Source: Acidimicrobiia bacterium (GTDB taxonomy: Bacteria; Actinomycetota; Acidimicrobiia; Spongiisociales; ZC4RG35). From it: a DNA stretch of 64,000 bases. Where the stretch lies: the NCBI GenBank assembly GCA_028285585.1, contig JANQOU010000006.1:593881-657880 (forward strand), in the 5' to 3' direction. Below the pieces are notes generated by a model that ran no database searches, was not told where the DNA came from, and worked only from the letters and a program-made list of their open reading frames with translations. Below are positions 48,697 through 57,910 of this stretch, in pieces (within the stretch, counting starts at the first letter, position 1; each line of letters begins with the position of its first letter). The translations under genes were made by a program, and so were the position numbers.

Positions 48697-50535
48697 GTGG
48701 CCGTGTCGAGAGTCATAGGTGTCGACGTCGGGGGAACGTTCACCGACGTGGTGCTGTTCGACGGTGAAGGACTGACAGAGCGAAAGGTGCCCACCACTGT
48801 CGACCAGTCGGAGGCCGTCGGCGACGCCGTAGCCGGCCAGGGGGATGCTGTGTTTCTCCATGGGACCACGGCCGCCACCAACGCGCTTCTCGAAGGACGC
48901 GGCGGCAGAGTGGCCCTGCTCACAGACCCCGGGTACGAGGATCTGCTCGAGATCGGGCGTCAGGATCGGCCCTCGCTCTACGACAGTGAGGTCGACAGGC
49001 CGGTCCCACTAGTGGCGCGGGAGGACCGGCACAGCGATCCGTTGCAGGTCGCTGATTGTGACGTCGTCGCAATCTCGCTGGTCGACTCGTATCAGGACCC
49101 TTCCCGCGAACGCGAGCTGGCTGATTCGATCCCCTTTCCGACGGTTGTCTCTTCGGACGTCTCGCCCGAGTTCCGGGAGTATGAGCGGACCGCGACCACG
49201 GTTCTGTCGGCCTATCTCACCCCGTCAGTCGCCGGGTACTTGAAGAACCTTGGAGAGCGCCTGGAGATGGGCACCCGGCTGATCATGACGTCTGGCGGCG
49301 GGCTCGTCCCGTTCGAGGGGAGCGAGGCCAGGGCAGGGAGACTGGTGCTCTCCGGCCCGGCGGGCGGGGCCGTGGCCGCAGCCGCGCTCGGCAGCCATCA
49401 CGGATTCGAGACGGTTCTCTCCTTCGATATGGGCGGCACCTCAACCGATGTGTGCCGGATCACAGGCGGCGAAGTCTCGGTCGGCACAGGGCACACCGTC
49501 GCTGGCCGGGTCAATCGCGTCCCCTCCGTGCCGGTACGGACCATCGGAGCAGGTGGCGGCTCCATCGCCTGGCGGGACAGCGGCGGAGCCCTACGTGTCG
49601 GCCCTCAGTCGGCTGGAGCCAACCCGGGGCCAGCTTGCTACGGGAAAGGCGGTGAGCAACCAACGGTCACCGACGCCAACCTGGTGGTGGGCAACATTCC
49701 CCTCGACCTCCCGTTGGGTGGGACGGTGGCATTGGATGTCGGCGCGGCCCGTGACGCCATCTCCCGGCTCGGCGATCAGCTTGGCTTGAGTGTCGAAGCG
49801 ACTGCTGCCGGGATACTCGAAGTGGTCGACAGCCATATGGAGCATGCACTTCGCTCCGTCTCGGTGGAGGAGGGGGCCGACCCTCGTGATGCAGCGCTGG
49901 TGGCTTTCGGTGGCGCCGGTGGCCTTCATGCGTCGCGTCTGGCGCGAAGTCTCGGCATGGCAACCGTCCTGGTGCCCCCGATGTCAGGGGTCTTCTCGGC
50001 TCTGGGGCTGATGATGGCTCCGCCTAAGACCGACCGTGCCCAAACCGTCATGCTGCCCGAGAGTGACGGGCATCTGGAGCCGGAGTTGGCGAAGATCCGG
50101 TCGCATGCGACGAGTGAGTACGAAGGTGTCTTCGGCGACCAGCCCTCCCGGACGACACTCACCGTCGATGTGCGGTACTACGGCCAGTCACACGAGTTGG
50201 AGGTCGGTTCCGGGACTTGGGATGAGATCCGGGCAGCGTTCGAGGCCTCACACCGACAGCGGTTCGGATTCGATCGCCCCGACGAGCCCATCGAGGTGGT
50301 CAACGTGCGTGGAACAGCAGTCGGAACGGCACCCGTCAAGTGGTCCGACTTGCCAGAGACGTCGTCAGAGCCCATTCCGGAGCGGGTCGGCTCCGCGTGG
50401 AGACGCAACACGCTCCCAGCCGGGTTCGAGGCCGACGGCCCAGGTCTCGTCGTCGACGACAACTCGGCGATCGTGCTCGAGCCAGGAGACAAACTCACCG
50501 TGCTCCAAGACGGGACGATGAGGGTGTCACTGTGA
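48697..50535 (+). CDS. hyuA: Hydantoinase/5-oxoprolinase subunit A
   Basis: GVDVGGTFTD, HGTT, SGPAGG, DMGGTSTD, GAGGGS, PGPACYG. Confidence 0.9.
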   Translation: MAVSRVIGVDVGGTFTDVVLFDGEGLTERKVPTTVDQSEAVGDAVAGQGDAVFLHGTTAATNALLEGRGGRVALLTDPGYEDLLEIGRQDRPSLYDSEVDRPVPLVAREDRHSDPLQVADCDVVAISLVDSYQDPSRERELADSIPFPTVVSSDVSPEFREYERTATTVLSAYLTPSVAGYLKNLGERLEMGTRLIMTSGGGLVPFEGSEARAGRLVLSGPAGGAVAAAALGSHHGFETVLSFDMGGTSTDVCRITGGEVSVGTGHTVAGRVNRVPSVPVRTIGAGGGSIAWRDSGGALRVGPQSAGANPGPACYGKGGEQPTVTDANLVVGNIPLDLPLGGTVALDVGAARDAISRLGDQLGLSVEATAAGILEVVDSHMEHALRSVSVEEGADPRDAALVAFGGAGGLHASRLARSLGMATVLVPPMSGVFSALGLMMAPPKTDRAQTVMLPESDGHLEPELAKIRSHATSEYEGVFGDQPSRTTLTVDVRYYGQSHELEVGSGTWDEIRAAFEASHRQRFGFDRPDEPIEVVNVRGTAVGTAPVKWSDLPETSSEPIPERVGSAWRRNTLPAGFEADGPGLVVDDNSAIVLEPGDKLTVLQDGTMRVSL

Positions 50536-51233
50536 GCTCGTTCTCGGTCCAAGAAGCAGTCGAATACGTGCAGGCTGAGCTGGCCAAGGCGGCAAACCCG
50601 GAGAAGGCGGCCGGCATGCAGTGGTACATGAAGTCGGAGATGCCCTTCTACGGGGTGCAGAAGCCGGGTCAGACTCCGATCATCAGGCACGTCGTCAAGA
50701 CATGGCCACCAGAGACGAGGAAGCAGTACGAGGAGCTGGCCCTTGCCTTGTGGCGATTGCCTCATCGTGAGGAGAGGTACATCGCCCAGCGAGTCGCCGC
50801 CCGGCACCGGCAGTTCCTGGTCCCGGCGTCGATGCCGCTCTATCGCCGTTTCATAGTCGAGGGTGCCTGGTGGGACTTCGTCGACGAGGCCGCGACCCAC
50901 ATGGTGCGCGAGGTCGTGATCGACTACCCCGAGCAGGCCTGGCGCAAAGTCGACACCTGGATAGCCCACAAGAACATGTGGCTGCGCAGGGCGGCGATCA
51001 TCTGCCAGGTCGGTGCCAAGGAGAAGACCGACGTCGACCGTCTCTTCTCGTTCTGCGAGCAACGAGCTCACGAGAAGGAGTTCTTCATCAGGAAGGCGAT
51101 CGGGTGGGCGCTTCGCGAGTACTCGAAGACCGACCCTGAGGCGGTTGCCGGCTTCGTCAAAGACCACGAGGACCAGCTCTCCCGGCTCAGCTATCGGGAA
51201 GGCACCAAGCACATCGGCAATCTCCTTGATTGA
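50532..51233 (+). CDS. AlkD-family DNA alkylation repair protein
   Basis: YMKSEMPFYGV, REERY, WWDFVD, MWLRR, EFFIRKAIGWALREYSK. Confidence 0.88.
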   Translation: MSSFSVQEAVEYVQAELAKAANPEKAAGMQWYMKSEMPFYGVQKPGQTPIIRHVVKTWPPETRKQYEELALALWRLPHREERYIAQRVAARHRQFLVPASMPLYRRFIVEGAWWDFVDEAATHMVREVVIDYPEQAWRKVDTWIAHKNMWLRRAAIICQVGAKEKTDVDRLFSFCEQRAHEKEFFIRKAIGWALREYSKTDPEAVAGFVKDHEDQLSRLSYREGTKHIGNLLD

Positions 51234-52767
51234 CCCCATCACCCTCGAGGTTGCCCGCAACCGCTTCTCGGCCATCGCCGAGGAGATGGGCGGCGTGCTC
51301 CGCCGCACCTCTTTGTCGCCGAACATCAAAGAGCGCGCCGACTGCTCGGCCGCAGTCTTCACGCCTTCAGGTGAGATGCTCGCACAGGCCGAGCACATCC
51401 CGGTCCATCTGGGCTCTATGCCCGAGTCGGTCGCCGCCTGCCTGCGCGCCTTCGAGCCGGTGCCCGGGGTGCAATATGCGGTCAACGACCCTTTCTACGG
51501 CGGCACCCACCTCAACGACCTGACCATCCTCGCTCCGGTCTTCGTCGGCGGCGACCACATCGCCTGGGTTGCCAACCGGGCCCATCATGCAGACGTCGGC
51601 GGTGAAGCACCAGGGTCGATGCCCGCCCATGCGACGAGGGTGCAGCAAGAGGGCCACATCGTCCCCCCGACGATGGCGGTACAGGACGACGAGTGGCTCG
51701 ACCAGTTCCTGGTGCCCTTCGTGGACGCGTCGCGAACACCTTGGGAGCGGCGGGGTGACCTCGACGCCCAGATGGGGGCGAACGCGGTTGCGGTGCGACG
51801 TCTCCAGGAGCTGGCCGGCTCGGAGGGCTTGGACAGGTTCTCCGCTATCTCCGAGGCTCTTCTTGGTTACGGGGAGAGCCGGATGGAGTCGGCGCTCGGC
51901 GAGCTTCCAGACGGAAAGTTCACGTTTGAGGACTACATGGAGCACGGCCCCGACGATGTGGCGATCAAGGTTGCCATCACCATTGATGGATCTTCGCTTC
52001 ACGCGGACTTCGCCGGTTCGGACCCGCAGGTGGAGGCCAACTTCAACGCCGTGGAGGCAGTGACTCGCTCCTGTCTCTACTACGCCGTCCGGGTGGCGAC
52101 CGACCCCTCCATCCCGGCCAATGGCGGGTGCTACCGCCCTATCGGTCTCTCAGCACCGGAAGGCTCGATCGTGAATGCCCAGGCACCCGCAGCGGTGGCC
52201 GCCGGCAACGTCGAGACCAGCCAGAGGATCGCCGACGTTCTCCTGGGGGCCCTCGCTCAGGCGGTGCCCGACCGGGTGTCGGCCGCATCGCAAGGGACGA
52301 TGAACAACGTGCTGATCGGCAACGATGACTTCGCCTACTACGAGACCGTGGCCGGTGGCCAGGGCGCCAGGCCTTATCGCGACGGCCAGTCGGGAATCCA
52401 CACAGGCATGACCAACACCCGAAACACCCCGATCGAAGCTCTCCACACCCACTACCCGTTCCGAGTCGAGTCCTACACCTTGCGGCGAGACAGCGGAGGT
52501 GCCGGCAAGTATCGAGGAGGCGAGGGGATCAGGCGGGAGATCCGTTTCCTGACCTCAGCAACCCTTTCGCTCATGGGTGAGCGACGACGCAATCGCCCTT
52601 GGGGGCTGGCCGGCGGAGAGCCGGGTGCTGCCGGGGAAGACTGGTTGATCCGAGGCGGTGGCGCTGAGGAGCGGCTGGCGGGCAAGACCACAGTCGACGT
52701 GGCAGAAGGTGACCTGCTGGTGGTGCTCACACCCGGCGGTGGCGGCTGGGGAAGCGAGGCTGGGTAG
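51226..52767 (+). CDS. hyuB: Hydantoinase B/oxoprolinase subunit
   Basis: SPNIKERADCS, HIPVHLG, NDPFYGGTHLND, TPGGGGWG; TTG start overlaps the AlkD gene end. Confidence 0.9.
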   Translation: MIDPITLEVARNRFSAIAEEMGGVLRRTSLSPNIKERADCSAAVFTPSGEMLAQAEHIPVHLGSMPESVAACLRAFEPVPGVQYAVNDPFYGGTHLNDLTILAPVFVGGDHIAWVANRAHHADVGGEAPGSMPAHATRVQQEGHIVPPTMAVQDDEWLDQFLVPFVDASRTPWERRGDLDAQMGANAVAVRRLQELAGSEGLDRFSAISEALLGYGESRMESALGELPDGKFTFEDYMEHGPDDVAIKVAITIDGSSLHADFAGSDPQVEANFNAVEAVTRSCLYYAVRVATDPSIPANGGCYRPIGLSAPEGSIVNAQAPAAVAAGNVETSQRIADVLLGALAQAVPDRVSAASQGTMNNVLIGNDDFAYYETVAGGQGARPYRDGQSGIHTGMTNTRNTPIEALHTHYPFRVESYTLRRDSGGAGKYRGGEGIRREIRFLTSATLSLMGERRRNRPWGLAGGEPGAAGEDWLIRGGGAEERLAGKTTVDVAEGDLLVVLTPGGGGWGSEAG

Positions 52768-52780
52768 CCTCAAGCTACCC

Positions 52781-54208
52781 ATGAGCTACCTGGAGGCATT
52801 GCGCGGCGCCCTCGGCGAGGCCAATGTGCTCGAAGAGCCGGTCGAGCTGCATCTGTTCAGCAAGGACGCCTCATTGCTGCGCGGCCAGGCCAATGTCGTC
52901 GTCTTTCCTCAGGACGCCGATCAGGTGTCCGAAGTGGTGAAGATCGCAGAAGCACACAAGGTGCCGATAGTGGCAAGGGGAGCCGGCACCGGTCTCACTG
53001 CAGGAGCCAGCCCCACCGAGGGCGGCATCGTCGTAGTCACCACCGCCATCGACTCCATCGAGATCGACCTGGAGAATCGGAGTGCCTGGGTTGGGGCCGG
53101 TGTCATCAACCTCGACCTGAGCGCGGCAGCCGCTCCGCACGGGCTCCATTTCGCCCCGGACCCCTCCTCGCAATCTGCGTGCACCATCGGCGGCAATGTC
53201 GCAAACAACTCGGGCGGGCCTCACTGCTTGGCCGAAGGAAGCACCACCAGTCATGTCCTGGGTCTCGAAGTGGTGCTCGCAGGTGGTGAGATCGTCCGGC
53301 TCGGCGGCAATGCTCCCGATCCCATCGGCCTGGACTTGAAGGGCCTGATCGTGGGCTCGGAGGGCACGCTCGGGATCGTCACCAAGGCCCTGGTCCGGCT
53401 GCTGCCGCTCGATCCCGACGTCCGCACGATGCTGCTCGCCTTCCCGACCGTCGAGAGCGCGGCGACAACCGTGTCGCAGGTCATCTCCGCCGGGATGGTG
53501 CCTGCCGCCCTCGAGCTGATGGACCAGCGGATGGTGCAAGCGGTGGAGAACTGGCTTCAAGCGGGACTCCCTGTGGACGCCGCCGCAGTGCTGCTCGCCG
53601 AGGTGGTTGGTGAGACGGAAGGTGTTGAAGCCGAGGCGGAGATCATCGCCGACCTCGGCAGGGCGAATGGCGCCACGAGTGTCGAGGTGGCGCGTGACGA
53701 GACCCATCGGGCGACTCTCTGGAAAGGCCGCAAGTCGGCGTTTGGCGCAATAGCCCAGCTTGCCCCGGACTACTACCTCCACGACGCCGTCGTGCCCCGA
53801 ACCCGGCTCGTCGAGACGATGTCAGCCGTCTACGAGATAGCCGATCGCTACGACCTCACCATGCTCAACGTCTTCCATGCCGGCGACGGAAACCTCCATC
53901 CACTGGTCGCATTCGACGCCTCGGACCCGGAGACCAACCGGAAGGTTCACGAGGCCGGTGATGAGATCGTCGCCATATGCCTGAAGAACGGTGGTGCCCT
54001 CTCCGGTGAGCACGGGATCGGTATCGAGAAGCGAGACATGATGCGCACCACTTTCACCGAGCTCGACCTCGACGCACAGGCCCGTTTGAAGGAGGCGGTC
54101 GACCCGTCCGGTGTGTTCAACCCGAGCAAGGTTCTGCCCGCTGGCTCGCGTTGCTTCGACTTCGGCGGTGTGCGCCGGAAAGAGCTTCCCGAAGGCGTTT
54201 GGGTGTGA
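52781..54208 (+). CDS. glcD: Glycolate oxidase FAD subunit GlcD-like
   Basis: RGAGTG, PDPSSQSACTIGGN, HAGDGNLHP, GEHGIG. Confidence 0.88.
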   Translation: MSYLEALRGALGEANVLEEPVELHLFSKDASLLRGQANVVVFPQDADQVSEVVKIAEAHKVPIVARGAGTGLTAGASPTEGGIVVVTTAIDSIEIDLENRSAWVGAGVINLDLSAAAAPHGLHFAPDPSSQSACTIGGNVANNSGGPHCLAEGSTTSHVLGLEVVLAGGEIVRLGGNAPDPIGLDLKGLIVGSEGTLGIVTKALVRLLPLDPDVRTMLLAFPTVESAATTVSQVISAGMVPAALELMDQRMVQAVENWLQAGLPVDAAAVLLAEVVGETEGVEAEAEIIADLGRANGATSVEVARDETHRATLWKGRKSAFGAIAQLAPDYYLHDAVVPRTRLVETMSAVYEIADRYDLTMLNVFHAGDGNLHPLVAFDASDPETNRKVHEAGDEIVAICLKNGGALSGEHGIGIEKRDMMRTTFTELDLDAQARLKEAVDPSGVFNPSKVLPAGSRCFDFGGVRRKELPEGVWV

Positions 54209-55284
54209 AAAGCCTTCCTTCTGACCTGGCGCGGCTGGCGACTGAGCCGGACACCCTCGCGCCTGAGAGCGCAGAAGATGTCTCATCCATCCTGCGTCAT
54301 GCCTCGAAGGAGGGTCTTCGAGTCCAGGTTCGCGGCGGCGGCACCCGCTCCGGCTTCGGGGCTCCACCGACGCCCGACCTGGTGATGTCGATGGAGAACC
54401 TCACCGCGGTCGAGGCATACGAGCCAGACGACCTCACCCTCGTCGTCCAAGCCGGTGCCCGTGTTGACGACGTCGAGTCGACGCTCATCGAGCACAACCA
54501 GACGGCTGTCCTGCCGGAGAGGCCTGGTGACTCGACCGTCGGCGGTGTCATCGCGTCCGGGGCATCATCGTTCAAACGCGGAAGGTTGTTTGGGACACGC
54601 GAGCGCCTTCTGGAGGCCACCGTCGTCACCGGCGACGGACGGGTCGTGCGAGGCGGTGGGCGCGTGGTGAAGAACGTCACCGGCTACGACTTGCCGCGTC
54701 TCATGGTCGGCGCCTTCGGGAGTCTCGGCGTGATCGTGTCTGTCTGTCTCAAGCTCTGGCCGGCGCCTCCTGACAGGGCAACGGTCACCGTTGACTCGCC
54801 CGAGGCGGCGGCGGAGGTCGCCAGGCCGCTGGCCGTCCTTCAGGACAACGAGTCGACTCGGGTCTACGTCTGGGGAACAGCGGCCGAGATCGAAGCCCAG
54901 ACCGCGAAGCTGGGCGGTGGGGCAGAAGCAGGCCACCACTGGCCGGCCGGTCCAGTCGACCGGTTCGGATGGTCGCTACGCGTCCCGCCGGCGAACCTGA
55001 CTGGTGCCATCGAGCGTCTTCCGACGGAATGGCGATATGTCGCGCTCCATGGCGTCGGCGAGATCCGGGCCGCATCGCCGCGCATCGACGGAGCTGCCGA
55101 CCTGAGGTCGTGGGCGGAAGATGAAGGCGGCCGATTGGTCGTCACTGATTCGCCGGAAGGTGGGCTCGACGGCTTCGACCCTTGGGGGCGGCCTCCACCC
55201 GGAATCGAGTTCCAGAAGAGACTCATCGCCGAGTTCGACCCGGCTCGGGTGATCAACCCCGGACGTCTGCCGGGAGGTCTGTGA
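54205..55284 (+). CDS. glcE: Glycolate oxidase subunit GlcE-like
   Basis: YEPDDLT, GGRVVKNVTGYDL, FDPARVINPG. Confidence 0.85.
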   Translation: MKSLPSDLARLATEPDTLAPESAEDVSSILRHASKEGLRVQVRGGGTRSGFGAPPTPDLVMSMENLTAVEAYEPDDLTLVVQAGARVDDVESTLIEHNQTAVLPERPGDSTVGGVIASGASSFKRGRLFGTRERLLEATVVTGDGRVVRGGGRVVKNVTGYDLPRLMVGAFGSLGVIVSVCLKLWPAPPDRATVTVDSPEAAAEVARPLAVLQDNESTRVYVWGTAAEIEAQTAKLGGGAEAGHHWPAGPVDRFGWSLRVPPANLTGAIERLPTEWRYVALHGVGEIRAASPRIDGAADLRSWAEDEGGRLVVTDSPEGGLDGFDPWGRPPPGIEFQKRLIAEFDPARVINPGRLPGGL

Positions 55285-56489
55285 TGGGTTGGGTCACCAC
55301 CGAGCACCCGACGCGGGAAGAGCTGGATGCATGTGTTCAGTGTGGGCTGTGCCTTCCGGTGTGCCCCACGTTCCGGCTCACCGGCAGGGAGACAGCCTCG
55401 CCACGTGGCCGGCTCCATGCGATGTCAGCTGTTGGGGAAGGTGTGGTCGAAGTCGATGAGGTGTTCGCGGGACTGCTCGACTTTTGCTTGGGCTGCCGAG
55501 CCTGTGAGCCGGTCTGTCCTGGCTTGGTGCCCTATGGGCGGGCGTTGGAGGGTGCCCGGGCTGAGATCGCCGAGCAGGTGCCCGGCAGGAAGAGATTGAG
55601 GAGATGGCAGACGACCACGATTCTCGGGTCGAGAGCTGCCCTCAGGCTCGGATCGCTGGGGCTGAGGATCGGGCAGAAGCTCGGGTTGCTTCGGCTGACT
55701 CCCGCCCGATACCGGCGGATCACGTCCGGTCTTCGCAAGCTGGGAGGACGCGGGCAGCCAACGCTTGGCCATGCGGGTGGGTCAGGAGAGGCTGGAACCG
55801 TCGGGCTTCTCGCCGGATGTGTCCAGGACGAGTGGTTCCGACCGGTCAACCGAACCGCGGTGACTCTCCTCGAGATGGCAGGTCATCGCGTCGAGGTCCC
55901 GAGAAGCCAGACATGTTGTGGGGCCCTCGCCGCTCATGACGGGAAAGCGGGGGCGGCGCACGTCTTCGCCGGCCAGAACGAGGAAGCCTTCGAGCGCTAC
56001 GACATGGTTGTGGCGACGGCCGCCGGATGCTCCGCACACCTCGCCGGTTACGAAGGGCTTGGCAGCTCCGCCGCCGACATCACAGTTGCCGTGGCCAGGG
56101 CGATTGACGACGGCCGTCTCCCTGTCAGCGAAGTTGACCGCGGTGAGATGGTGATCCAAGACCCATGTCATCTTCGTCATGCTCAACGTGTGGTGGACGA
56201 GCCGCGCCGCATCCTCGAAGCCGCCGGGTTCCGGCCGGTGGAGATAGATCCTGTTGCGTTGTGCTGCGGTGCCGCGGGTGTTTACACGATGGCACAGCCT
56301 GAGGCCTCGGAAACTCTCGGAAACCAAAAGGCCGACCAGGTGCGTTCAAGCGGTGTGACCAGAGTCGCCTCGGCCAACCCGGGTTGCGAAATGCAGCTCC
56401 GCAGCCATCTCGGCGACGACTATGAGGTAGCGCATCCGATCGAGTGGTATCTGGCGGCGCTCGAGGAGGACGGTCGAGGGGATGACTGA
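55284..56489 (+). CDS. glcF: Glycolate oxidase Fe-S subunit GlcF-like
   Basis: Two CxxCxxCxxxCP motifs, SPRGR, two CCG domains. Confidence 0.87.
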   Translation: MGWVTTEHPTREELDACVQCGLCLPVCPTFRLTGRETASPRGRLHAMSAVGEGVVEVDEVFAGLLDFCLGCRACEPVCPGLVPYGRALEGARAEIAEQVPGRKRLRRWQTTTILGSRAALRLGSLGLRIGQKLGLLRLTPARYRRITSGLRKLGGRGQPTLGHAGGSGEAGTVGLLAGCVQDEWFRPVNRTAVTLLEMAGHRVEVPRSQTCCGALAAHDGKAGAAHVFAGQNEEAFERYDMVVATAAGCSAHLAGYEGLGSSAADITVAVARAIDDGRLPVSEVDRGEMVIQDPCHLRHAQRVVDEPRRILEAAGFRPVEIDPVALCCGAAGVYTMAQPEASETLGNQKADQVRSSGVTRVASANPGCEMQLRSHLGDDYEVAHPIEWYLAALEEDGRGDD

Positions 56490-57072
56490 GAGCACCACAC
56501 GTCGAAGAACGTTCCAGCAAGTGAAGCGTTACGCCATCCTGGCCTACGGCGCAGTCGGCACCATGCTCGACGTTGGGCTCATGGTCCTGGGTGGTTTGCT
56601 GGTGGGACTGTCTCTGGCTGTTCTGCTCGCCGGGTTTGGGCTGGTCGACATAACCACAGACCTGGCAACCGCACCCATCCTGATATCGGCGATCGTGCTC
56701 GGGGTCAGTGGCCTGTTCTGTCTCGGCGTCGCATCTGAGGGACCTTTGGGGAGAGGCCGCAGGCTCATCGGGTTCAAGCTTTGGGAGGTGGGCATCGGCA
56801 GAACGCTTGCCGTGGTAGGTGTTGGCTTCGGCCTCTTTCTTCTCTATGAGCTGGCGACAGGTTTTCTCGACGGGCTACCCGACACGTTGCACCAGGGCGC
56901 CGAGGGTATCCGGGCGGTCGGTGTGGCTGGGATGACCGTGATGCCCATCGTTGGGGTGCCGCTCTCCCTTGCCGCACGTGGGATCCCGGTCAATCCTGAC
57001 TGGCTGCGGCGGATGGATGTCCCAGTGATGTTCGTCGTCTGGGCTGTGGCCAGCCTCGTCATCCTCACCTAG
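56482..57072 (+). CDS. Hypothetical membrane protein
   Basis: About 5 TM segments; start overlaps the glcF end. Confidence 0.7.
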   Translation: MTESTTRRRTFQQVKRYAILAYGAVGTMLDVGLMVLGGLLVGLSLAVLLAGFGLVDITTDLATAPILISAIVLGVSGLFCLGVASEGPLGRGRRLIGFKLWEVGIGRTLAVVGVGFGLFLLYELATGFLDGLPDTLHQGAEGIRAVGVAGMTVMPIVGVPLSLAARGIPVNPDWLRRMDVPVMFVVWAVASLVILT

Positions 57073-57908
57073 GTCGGCTTTTCGAACACGAGCAACCGGT
57101 CCAGGCTTGCCCCGGCTCGGATCAGCGCCTCGTCCATCCACGGCACGACCGGTGTCTTGATCGAGATCTGCTCGACGCCCAGCTCTGCTGCGAGCCTCCC
57201 CAAGGCAGCGAGCAGGCGGGGAGCCTCCTCTTTGCTCGTGGCCACCCACGACACTCTGAGTCGGGAATCGAGCGGCTCAGCGATGAGCCATCCGGCTGGG
57301 GACTGGTAGAGGTGCTGGTCTTCGATGGCTGCCCGGAGATCGCCTGGTCGCGCCTTCCTGAGCTGCCATCCGAAGGTGATCAGGCCCCGCGCCTCGTCAT
57401 GCAGATCGCCGGCAGACCAGGACATCCAGGCAACATCGGCGTCGTGGATCCCGGCAAGTCTGAGGGCGTTGCCATCGGACACGTCTCCTCTGGTTCCTGG
57501 CGAAAGCGTGGACGTCGACCATTCCGTGGTTTGGCGGAATCCAAGTGCCTCGACCTGGGTGATTGCTGCCGAATTGCCCGTCTCAGTGACCAGCCGGACC
57601 ACTCGTGCGCCGGCTGCCTTTGCCCACGCCACGCCCGCGTCGTTGAGATCGTTGCCGATTCCCATCCTCCTGAAGTCAGGATGAACCCGGGCACCTTCGA
57701 GGAAGCCCTCGGTCGGGGACAGGAGGACCGCATGCAGCAGTGCGATCGGAGTGTGGTCGACGGTGGCGACCAGAACCGCTGAGCTGTCATCTTCCAACCA
57801 TTGGGGAAGGCGATCCGGCACATAGTCGCCCCAGCTGAAAGTGTCCGCTGTCCAGGGGACGATGGCCGCGATGTCGTCGGGGTTCGCCTGTCTGATCACG
57901 TGACTCAT
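57069..57908 (-). CDS. GNAT family N-acetyltransferase
   Basis: RVHPDFRRMGIG, N...GF motif; directly downstream of argS. Confidence 0.8.
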   Translation of the reverse strand: MSHVIRQANPDDIAAIVPWTADTFSWGDYVPDRLPQWLEDDSSAVLVATVDHTPIALLHAVLLSPTEGFLEGARVHPDFRRMGIGNDLNDAGVAWAKAAGARVVRLVTETGNSAAITQVEALGFRQTTEWSTSTLSPGTRGDVSDGNALRLAGIHDADVAWMSWSAGDLHDEARGLITFGWQLRKARPGDLRAAIEDQHLYQSPAGWLIAEPLDSRLRVSWVATSKEEAPRLLAALGRLAAELGVEQISIKTPVVPWMDEALIRAGASLDRLLVFEKPT

Positions 57909-57910
57909 GG

